From Promethearchaeota archaeon Loki_b32 (GTDB lineage: Archaea; Asgardarchaeota; Lokiarchaeia; Sigyniarchaeales; SOKP01), in the NCBI GenBank assembly GCA_005223125.1, contig NJBH01000056.1, forward strand, positions 1-16,179: a DNA stretch of 16,179 nucleotides, read 5' to 3'. The notes beneath the pieces are model-generated. The model made no database searches and was not told where the DNA came from. It saw only the letters and a list, made by a program, of their open reading frames with translations. Shown here in pieces: positions 8,061 to 15,578 of the stretch (position 1 is the first letter of the stretch; every line of letters begins with the position of its first letter). Position numbers and translations under genes: made by a program.

Positions 8061-8071
8061 TATAACACCTA

Positions 8072-8338
8072 TTACCTCTTCAATCGATTTATAATTAGCT
8101 TGAGCTTCTCATCTTTAGTTACATCGATAAAATAACCTATTTCAAATCCTTTCCTTCTTGATTCCTTAGTAGAAATCCACGCAAATATTTGTTTTCCAAT
8201 AAAGAATTCTATACTGTGTTCCTTAAACTTCAGAGTAACTAAAGGATTAATCTTCTTTGCTCCGTTAGCAATATCATCGGCATATGCTCTAAATTCAGGC
8301 TTAACATTTTTCAAATATTCCAAATATTCTTCACTCAT
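8072..8338 (-). CDS. Small hypothetical protein, weakly DUF1801/DUF5655-like, possibly truncated
   Basis: Strong SD GGAGGTGA before ATG; helix-helix-beta pattern. Confidence 0.6.
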   Translation of the reverse strand: MSEEYLEYLKNVKPEFRAYADDIANGAKKINPLVTLKFKEHSIEFFIGKQIFAWISTKESRRKGFEIGYFIDVTKDEKLKLIINRLKR

Positions 8339-8367
8339 ATTATCATCACCTCCTTCATCTTTAATTT

Positions 8368-8877
8368 TTATTTGTTTAATGATTTAATTTTATGGAATTT
8401 AAATAGTGCTTTATCAATTTCTCTCAATGTCCTACTTGTTTTTTTAGACATATCCAAAATTATTGTACGATAAATATAATATCCTTTTATAGTATCTCTT
8501 TTAACGTCTTTGTCAATATCTCCTAATGATTGTAATGTTTCAATTGTTCTAACATCAATAATAGGATAAATATCAGGATAAATAAAATGTAATATAGTTG
8601 ATGCGATTGGAACACCAATTCCATATAATCCTTCTAATTTCTCTAATTTATTCTCTACGGATAAAATTTTGGTAAATGTATTTTTATATTCTTCATACTC
8701 TCGTTTACGTGTATAACCTTTAGAACGCGCTGATTTCCAATTTATAATCCTTTCAAACGTATCTTTAGTAATAGTATTCTCTGTTTCTATATCATTCTTA
8801 ACTAATTTAATGATATTATTATACTCATACTCCTCAATATCCGTATTAGCCCATTTATCAATAAACTCCTCATCCAA
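8368..8877 (-). CDS. HhH-GPD / DNA glycosylase-fold protein, probably its own gene although in frame with the upstream membrane ORF
   Basis: IINWKSAR, LYGIGVPIASTILHF.YP..YPIIDVR, LREIDKALF. An internal GGAGGT SD lies 7 nt before TTG at 8877. Confidence 0.7.
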   Translation of the reverse strand: MDEEFIDKWANTDIEEYEYNNIIKLVKNDIETENTITKDTFERIINWKSARSKGYTRKREYEEYKNTFTKILSVENKLEKLEGLYGIGVPIASTILHFIYPDIYPIIDVRTIETLQSLGDIDKDVKRDTIKGYYIYRTIILDMSKKTSRTLREIDKALFKFHKIKSLNK

Positions 8878-8897
8878 TTTTATTACCTCCTTTTTAA

Positions 8898-9417
8898 TTA
8901 TTTTTTTACTGATGGTTGCAAGAAATAGGATTAGGAGTGCCACATAATTCAGAGGAAATACCAAAAACCACGCTAACCTGTATACGATTTCAAGAGAATC
9001 AGCTATTTGATTTAGCGCAACATCAAAAATTACAATGGCTATAGGGAAATCTAACCAACCCCACTTATTTCCGATTAAGTGGATGCTATAAACTACTAAA
9101 AGAAGACCAAAAAAATATGCTGGAATAGTGAACATTAAATATATTCCAACCCAGCCCACAAGAGACCTAAGTCCTATATCTACCCACATTGCTAGAATCG
9201 CTAATCCAATAATGATTGTACCAACCATAAAAATTATTTTACTTCTTTTTTTTACAATTTCTATATTCCCTCTCCACCCTGGAATAGATTTTGGGTACTT
9301 TGAAAAGTAAATTCCACCAATAATACAAGGTACACCTATGATTAAATTAAATCCCATAATAATCATTACTATTCCTACTATAATAAGAACTAAACAAACA
9401 AATTTACGATTTTCCAT
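8898..9417 (-). CDS. Multi-pass membrane protein (N-terminal half of the 349-aa ORF)
   Basis: About 5-6 hydrophobic helices; GAGGT SD before ATG 9417. One A fewer in the A7 run (T7 at 8901-8907) would give a TAA stop at 8898-8900. Confidence 0.6.
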
Positions 9418-9564
9418 TTTTTTTACCTCTTTTCTATTAATTTTTTTACTACTTATTTATTCAAATTTATTTTTGTTTGCTTTTCTTATTCGAAATTAAT
9501 AAAATTAAGCCAAAAATAAAAAGACGGGGATCAATGTAAGAATTGGACAATCAAGTATAAATTT

Positions 9565-9975
9565 TTATCGATCACTATCCAAAAATTCTTTTATTTGATT
9601 TGGCGTTAAAATCTCATAGATTTCAGGAAATTCATGTTTAAATAAATTTAGTTTATCTTGATTATTTATTCTTGATTGTATAATTACAGCATTTGGATTC
9701 TCGGCACACCTACCTTCGTGGAGATTTCGTTCTTTATTATGCTTGAATAATAAACTACAATACCTACATTTCCATTTTCTCTTAGTTTTATAGCTAATTT
9801 TTCGATTTGGATTTAATGAACAATATGTTTTATGTTTATAGAATCCACTTGGATGGAATAATCTATCACAGAATTCACATTTTTTGAATTTACCATTTAA
9901 CTCTTCATAATCGATGACTTCGTGTCTTTTTGCTTTTGCTTCAATACATTGTTCCATTAATGATTTTACAGGCAT
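9565..9975 (-). CDS. Double C2HC zinc-finger protein
   Basis: CEFC-x11-H-x3-C (then SLNPN) and CRYC-x12-H-x3-C (then AENPN); GGAGG SD. Confidence 0.8.
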   Translation of the reverse strand: MPVKSLMEQCIEAKAKRHEVIDYEELNGKFKKCEFCDRLFHPSGFYKHKTYCSLNPNRKISYKTKRKWKCRYCSLLFKHNKERNLHEGRCAENPNAVIIQSRINNQDKLNLFKHEFPEIYEILTPNQIKEFLDSDR

Positions 9976-10477
9976 TTTTTTAATCCTCCTTCAATTAATA
10001 ATTGCTTTAATTTGTACTTACTCCTATGATAAGTATTTCGGTCTTTTACCGATAAATATTTATCTAAAATCTTAGGTAACCCCATTTCGTCTACAAGCTT
10101 ACTGATCGCCTTAGTTTCTAATTTTCCAATAATTATAGATAAACGTTGAATAGTATCGTCTTTTAACTCTATAACATTTTTATTATATCAAATGATAGCT
10201 TTTATCACATTTTAGAAATTTTAGGCAAGAAATTACAGGAGAATATCAAATCTGATCAAGCAGAGCCAGATAAACCCATTTCAGATCAGACTCTATATGA
10301 TATGGGGTACACTGGATAAAATGTCTAAAATTTCTTTTTTTTTAGTCCTATAACTAAATTTTCATTGAAATTCAACTCTGAATTTACCTTTCCATTCAAT
10401 CTGTAAAATCAAAAATAATATATTACCTTATTTTTTGACAAGATATAAAAGCAAATTGTTGTAAATGTGCAGTATAA

Positions 10478-10492
10478 TTTTTTCTTTAAATA
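10478..10492 (+). promoter_or_regulatory. T-tract + TATA motif upstream of the small ORF-RPA unit
   Basis: TTTTTTCTTTAAATA, conserved in the paralogous copy at 15245-15259. Confidence 0.65.
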
Positions 10493-10526
10493 AATTCAAT
10501 GGGAAATTATTCCTAAACAATAAATA

Positions 10527-10742
10527 GTGATTAAAATTTCAACTGAATATCAAGATGTTGGCAGAAGGAATTTTAATGTCTGTATCCATCATTCGAATAG
10601 GTTCGGAGTAGTCTTTGAAGGGGAAAGAACTTCCTATATGTGGAATTATGCTTCAACTCCTTCACCTACTTCAAGACAAAATAATATACTTCCAGTTCGA
10701 GTGAATTACAGGCACAGCAATTCTCCCTTTATATATGAGTAA
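10527..10742 (+). CDS. Conserved small hypothetical protein (~70 aa) upstream of RPA
   Basis: The paralog at ~15310-15534 keeps VGRRNFN.CIHHSNRFGVVF.GERT.Y.WN and R.NYR.SNSPFIYE* with synonymous changes. Confidence 0.75.
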   Translation: MIKISTEYQDVGRRNFNVCIHHSNRFGVVFEGERTSYMWNYASTPSPTSRQNNILPVRVNYRHSNSPFIYE

Positions 10743-10786
10743 GAAATTGCTACGTGACGTTGGATGGTAGAACGAGCAGAAAAAAT
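10716..10786 (+). repeat. 71-bp direct repeat (70/71 identical to 15508-15578)
   Basis: Spans the small-ORF stop, a TTTATATA box flanked by the inverted repeat AGCAATT/AATTGCT, and the first codons of RPA. Confidence 0.9.
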
Positions 10787-11681
10787 ATTTGAGAAATTAT
10801 TGGACCTCGGATTAAGTGAGGAAGATATTAGTAGACAAGTGACCGAGAAACTAACTGAGTTTCAAGGATTTATGACAAAAGAAGGAGCGCTCTATTTGAT
10901 TGGAAAGGATAATGGTATTGACCTTTATTCTTCTGATCCTCAGATTCAAGAAGAAATCGAAGAGCTGATTGATTACAATGATTTTATGATCCCAATAGCA
11001 AATATCACCGAAACTATGAGTAATATCGTTATAGCTGGAAGGATTACAGAAATTTTCGGTGTAAATAGTTTTATTAAAAAAGATGGTACTCCAGGAGTAG
11101 TAGGCTCGTTTGTAATTTGTGATAAATCAGAGTGTATCAAACTTGTTCTTTGGAATGACCAAACTAAAATAATGGAAACTGAGTCTTTTCAAAAAGAGGA
11201 GATCATTCAAATTATTGGGGGATACGCTAAAGTAGGAGCAAATGGGAATTTACAGATACATTTAAGCAGGCAAGGAAAAATTGTGTTAGCACCTGAAAAG
11301 ATTGTTCTACCTGAAGTTGAGCGAGTTAGACCTTCATTAGTAGAAGATAAGAAGGGGGTGAAGTCCCCCACAAACCATACTATTGAGGAAATCTATAAGA
11401 AGGAAGGCTTTATTAAGTTTGTAAAGGGTATCGTGCACATTGAGATGTTTAAGGAACTAACCTTAAAGAGCGGAGAGAAATCTTTCTTGCTTAAATTGGC
11501 TTTATCCGATGATACTGCTTCAATTAGAGTAAATATTTGGGGGATGAAAGCTGTGGAAGGTATGAAACTTCTCACTGATGGATTTGGAGTTAAACTTACA
11601 AATGTCGTAATTAAGGAAAATAGCTATTCAAATGAAAAAGAGCTAAGTTTCAATAAAAGTTCTAGATTGGAAATAATCTAA
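10764..11681 (+). CDS. rpa: Replication protein A / single-stranded DNA-binding protein with two OB folds
   Basis: N-terminal helical domain GFMTKEGALYLIG. OB folds IAGRITEI...F.KKDG..G.V.SF.I.D.S..IKLVLWND and L.L.LSDDTASIRVNIWG. Confidence 0.88.
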   Translation: MVERAEKIFEKLLDLGLSEEDISRQVTEKLTEFQGFMTKEGALYLIGKDNGIDLYSSDPQIQEEIEELIDYNDFMIPIANITETMSNIVIAGRITEIFGVNSFIKKDGTPGVVGSFVICDKSECIKLVLWNDQTKIMETESFQKEEIIQIIGGYAKVGANGNLQIHLSRQGKIVLAPEKIVLPEVERVRPSLVEDKKGVKSPTNHTIEEIYKKEGFIKFVKGIVHIEMFKELTLKSGEKSFLLKLALSDDTASIRVNIWGMKAVEGMKLLTDGFGVKLTNVVIKENSYSNEKELSFNKSSRLEII

Positions 11682-11745
11682 GTCGAATAGTTTTATATGA
11701 TCTTTTCTTTTATATGGATTGCGTTCTAAATATATTTAATAGAAA

Positions 11746-13187
11746 ATGACAAGACATTACCCTTCATTTGCAATCATCACTGCATTAGAGAAAGAATACA
11801 GAACAGTTAAGATATTATTCAAACATAGGACAAAGGAGATTATTGAAGAGGTCTCAAGTTCTGAAGAAGTTTCCAAACGTGTTTTTGGAGAGATTCATAG
11901 CATTGACGGAGGGATACATGAAGTAGTTTTGTCAAAATTACCAGATATGGGGAATTTGGAAGCAGCGGTGGAATGTGAGAAATTGTTACAGACCTATAAA
12001 AGCATAAGGCATGTTCTTATGGTAGGAATAGCAGGAGGAATTCCTAATCTAAAGAAACCTAAGCATCATGTACGTTTGGGAGACATTGTCGTTTCCAAGG
12101 GAGTGATAGATTATGGCAATGTAAAATTGGAATCATTACGATATAACAAAATAATACCGAGACCAAAAAACAGGAAAGCTTCCGACATGTTGGTGGAAAA
12201 TGCTAAGAAGTTAAAAAATATATCTGATTCTCAAAAGCCTCCTTGGATTGAACATATAGCCCGTTGTGCAAGGGAACTTGGTGTTACCCGCCCTACTAAG
12301 GATATTCTATGGGTGCTAGAACGCAATGAAAATGGAAAGAATTTGTTGAGAGAGCTTTAGATAATAATCTTAATTTGCTCCAATTCGAAGAACTTTTTGA
12401 GGAGCATTATGAGGAACTATATGATATGAGGCCTGTAGAACATCCTCCCCAAGAGAGACCTAGAGATGAGCCGCTAATATTTATTGCCCCTATCGCTTCA
12501 GCAAACATTTTATTAAAAGATGAAATATTGAGAAATCGACTTCGGAAGAAAAAAGCTAAAGCCGTTGAAATGGAAAGTGCAGGAGTTGTTACTGCATGTA
12601 AGCGTGAAGAGAAGAATTTCATATCTATTAGAGGGATTTGTGATTACTGTAACTGGAAAAAAGATGATGAATGGCAAGAATACGCTGCCATTGTAGCTGC
12701 GGGTTTCACAATAGCATTTATTGAAATTCTACCTTCTGATTTAAAAGTAGATCCTGTCATCTTAAGTAATAGAGATCTTTTTTTTAACCTCATAGGTTTA
12801 ATTTTAATTATTCTTATTGCTGCAGGAATAGCTAATTTACTAAAACCAGATTTTTTTCTCTTTATTTTATATTTAGGGTTTCTTATATTCTATCTGTTTC
12901 TTCTTAGGTATACATATGACTACTGGAAAAGATATCGACAAGAGAGATTAAAACAAATCATGACAAATGTCTTAGGCTCATTATTTTTTTTTATTCCTGT
13001 TATTTCAATTTTTGTAAGGCTGTTTTATATTAATCAGGATAAAATTCCATATTTCATTTTTATAATGGTTGTTTTTAGTTTATTGTTTGAGTATCTTTAC
13101 AGATATAAGCCATTTAATCGCATTAAAATATTATATATTCTACTCGTAATTGCAGGCATCATGTCAATACCTTACATTCTCCGCTAA
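11746..13187 (+). CDS. PNP_UDP_1 (MTA/SAH nucleosidase-like) domain fused to ~5 TM helices, with a single frameshift; ~480 aa if joined
   Basis: IITALEKEY, MGNLEAA, VLMVGIAGG, VRLGDIVVS in ORF1; IASANILLKD, AVEMESAG, IRGICDY, KDDEWQEYAA in ORF2. The second frame is open from 12330 (KWKEFVERALD...), and one extra A in the A4 run at 12329-12332 joins the two. Confidence 0.85.
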
Positions 13188-13307
13188 CAACCTTAAGATG
13201 AGATAATAGTTATAATGATTATTATACATGTTGTCCAAGATCTTTTTCACTTCTTCCTTTTTCATTACTACATCTTTGTTAGAATCCGGTTTCTTATGAA
13301 TTCAAAA

Positions 13308-13924
13308 TTATCGATTCCAAAATCTTCCTGAGAGGGTGGATATTATTCCCTTTCTATCTGGAATCACCCGTACCTCACTATTTACCCATTCTGAAATCCA
13401 CTTCATTCTTCTATTAAACCGTTCATCCATAAAAATAATTAATCCTTTATCAGTCTTTCTTCTTATCGGTCTTCCTGAAGCTTGGTTTGCCCTCTGCATT
13501 GCTGGATAAAGATATGCAAAATTCAATCCTTGCCTATTAAATTGGGTATCGTAATATTTTATTTTTGCCTCTACTCGTGGGGTAGGTAAGTGATAAGGAA
13601 TTCCAACAATTATAACAGAATTCATGAAACCACCTGGATAATCTTCACCCTCAGAATTTCTCCCACCACAAACTCCTAATAATACTGCTCCCTGTTTATT
13701 AGAACATGCTTTAAATTCATCAAGCATATCTGCATTATCAGAGGCGGATTTTTGAGAGTTTTCAATAAATAATTCTTTCCCATACTTATTGACCATGGAA
13801 GCAAATTTATAAGTCATTCGAACATCATTTAAGAGCCCATCTAATATTTTATAAGAAGCACAAAATACCCCAATATTTGCAGGAGTAGTTGAGACTACTT
13901 CCTCAATTTTATATACAATTTTTT
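13308..13924 (-). pseudogene. 3' fragment of an XPD/Rad3/DinG-family helicase (HD2 only)
   Basis: TPANIGVFCASY, GGRNSEGEDY (motif V), VIIVGIPY, QASGRPIRRKTDKG.I.FMDERF (motif VI). Homology extends upstream of the called ATG 13817 to ~13924 and then stops; Walker A, DEAH and FeS regions are absent. Confidence 0.85.
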
Positions 13925-14199
13925 CATCGTCTTGCTCCCATTTTCGATTTAAAAAGAGCTAAAGAGAATGCGAAAATACTTCAGGAGAAATTAAGAAGAT
14001 TATGCATTTGTCCACAGGTCATGACTCAAGTTGCTGTTATTATTTTTATCACGGATTTGCTTGATAATACCTTATTTCGGAAGTACCAGAAGATTATACA
14101 ATCCAATGTAAGGGTGCTTTGTAATTGTTCTGCGTACGCATTTCATAGGACTCGTAATAAAATAGGGCTGACTCCTAAATAGATCAAGGGTTTATAATC
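13920..14199 (+). pseudogene. 3' fragment of a paralog of the TFB-like gene
   Basis: HRLAPIFDLKRAKENAKILQEKL...CSAYAFHRTRNKIGLT matches the C-terminal ~90 aa of 3886..4488. K*IKGL* aligns with EYIKSL*. The called first ~10 aa are antisense XPD. Confidence 0.85.
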
Positions 14200-14217
14200 A
14201 GAGTATGATCCTTTCCT

Positions 14218-14242
14218 TTTGGGTGGTTTCTAAACCCAGTGA
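14218..14242 (+). repeat. 25-bp direct repeat, left copy, flanking the secreted-protein gene
   Basis: TTTGGGTGGTTTCTAAACCCAGTGA, 24/25 identical to 15071-15095; internal TGGGT/ACCCA inverted arms. Confidence 0.85.
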
Positions 14243-14347
14243 ACGGTCTTGAATCTTTAATTGCAAAATATTTATATACATAAATATCTATATTAGATCT
14301 GAGTCTATGACTCTATATATAACGTATTTCTACGTGATCAGTTAGAG

Positions 14348-14944
14348 GTGAAAGGACTGAAAAATTTAAATAAAAAATTAGTTTTAGCATTTTGGATAAT
14401 CAGTATGATGGGTTTATCAGCGTTTCCTATATTTGTCAATGCAGGAATAGTACCGCCAGACGATGATCCACCACCAAGAGATCTTAACTGTGAAGCTCAA
14501 GTAAGAGCTTATCGTAGTGGAGGTTTACAATTTACATTTAAGGTTGTAGCAGGTGCTATTGTTGGTGAAATCTATGGAAATCCTCTATTAGTAGTTTGTT
14601 ATGGATTATTTGAAGAACCCATAGATTGGAGACCTTTTAATAATTTTGTCTGGGATATCTTAGGGATTGATCATGAATATTACTATAATTTTGGATCTCA
14701 GAGGGTTGGGTATAAACTCACTGTAACATTTAGAATCAGAAACAGAAATAATGGATTTCACCTGGATTTTGAATTATCAGCGTGTGTTCATCTTTGGTAT
14801 TATGAATTTGGTTATAGAAAGGTAAGCTGGAATGTACCAGCTGAAGGACCTGGAGGTCCTTGGGTGCTCATTCTTGATGATGTATCAAAAAACCCCCAAT
14901 TTATTGATGACTGGGTTGGACTTTTATTAGGAGGACCCTATTAA
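14348..14944 (+). CDS. Secreted, aromatic-rich hypothetical protein with Pro-rich mature N-terminus; paralog of 1904..2458
   Basis: Signal peptide ending FVNA, then GIVPPDDDPPP; C-terminal GPW...DD.S.N....D.W.. motif. Own BRE-TATA at 14263-14279 and T-tract at ~14973-14981. Confidence 0.78.
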   Translation: MKGLKNLNKKLVLAFWIISMMGLSAFPIFVNAGIVPPDDDPPPRDLNCEAQVRAYRSGGLQFTFKVVAGAIVGEIYGNPLLVVCYGLFEEPIDWRPFNNFVWDILGIDHEYYYNFGSQRVGYKLTVTFRIRNRNNGFHLDFELSACVHLWYYEFGYRKVSWNVPAEGPGGPWVLILDDVSKNPQFIDDWVGLLLGGPY

Positions 14945-15070
14945 TCTTATCTTAATAGAAAAATTAAATATCTTTTTTTTTAAAATTTACAATATTTTAT
15001 ATAATAATAGCTAATCTTTTTTCAGGATTTACCACGACCAAATCATATACGATCTATTAATTTTCTAGAA

Positions 15071-15095
15071 TTTGGGTGGTTACTAAACCCAGTGA
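15071..15095 (+). repeat. 25-bp direct repeat, right copy
   Basis: TTTGGGTGGTTACTAAACCCAGTGA. Confidence 0.85.
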
Positions 15096-15098
15096 TGT

Positions 15099-15260
15099 AA
15101 ACCTTTCGCCATCTCTAAATTATTTTCCATCGGAAATAAAGGTGTTCTCATTTATTCCGTTTGGGAGATCCTTATTCTCAGTGATTATGACACAAATTAT
15201 GATCAGATCATTTCACCATCACTGAATTTAGTACCCAATCTATCTTTTTTCTTTAAATAT
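15099..15260 (+). repeat. ~160-bp diverged repeat (copy B), ending in the T-tract + TATA motif (15245-15259)
   Basis: Colinear with 16-177. Confidence 0.75.
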
Positions 15261-15305
15261 ATTCAGTGGGAAATAATTCCTAAACCTAAAAAAAATAAGA
15301 AAAAA

Positions 15306-15534
15306 GTGATTTAAAATTTCATTTAAAAATCAAGAAGTTGGTAGAAGGAATTTTAATATCTGTATACATCATTCGAATAGATTCGGAGTGGTTTTTGATG
15401 GTGAAAGAACTACATATACTTGGAATTGTAGTCCAGAGCGTAATGGAAACCGTCAAGATGCTTCCAGGAATTTAACAACACACCCATATCGAATGAATTA
15501 CAGACCAAGCAATTCTCCCTTTATATATGAGTAA
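15306..15534 (+). CDS. Paralog of the ~70-aa small protein, missed by the ORF track; start uncertain (ATT, or a frameshifted GTG)
   Basis: Frame from 15310 reads FKISFKNQEVGRRNFNICIHHSNRFGVVFDGERTTYTWNCSPERNGNRQDASRNLTTHPYRMNYRPSNSPFIYE*. Confidence 0.7.
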
Positions 15535-15578
15535 GAAATTGCTACGTGACGTTGGATGGTAGAGCGAGCAGAAAAAAT
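15508..15578 (+). repeat. 71-bp direct repeat containing a truncated RPA start (MVERAEK)
   Basis: 70/71 identical to 10716-10786; homology ends abruptly at ~15579. Confidence 0.9.

Larger units (their letters stand above)
4490..10400 (-). mobile_element. Accessory island; boundaries approximate; no integrase or transposase visible
   Basis: All genes are on the minus strand, visibly more AT-rich and defence-like in content. It occupies the slot between the TFB-like gene and the small ORF-RPA unit, which in the second copy holds a different 0.85-kb insert. Confidence 0.5.

Noticed and set aside
10167-10319. ~50-codon open frame ending QTLYDMGYTG*
   Set aside because: No suitable start codon or recognisable motif; at most a gene remnant.
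12345-12390. BHB-like folds near the nucleosidase frameshift, considered as a second intron
   Set aside because: The well-paired registers excise 36 or 25 nt and do not restore the frame; the 32-nt register needs a mismatch in the central helix. The downstream frame is already open from 12330, so a 1-nt indel is simpler.
1469-14182. Several in-frame stops at apparent Tyr positions (1469-1471, 1648-1650, 14180-14182), considered as stop-codon recoding
   Set aside because: Intact genes end normally in TAA and TAG. Tyr codons are one substitution from stops, and the affected genes also carry deletions.
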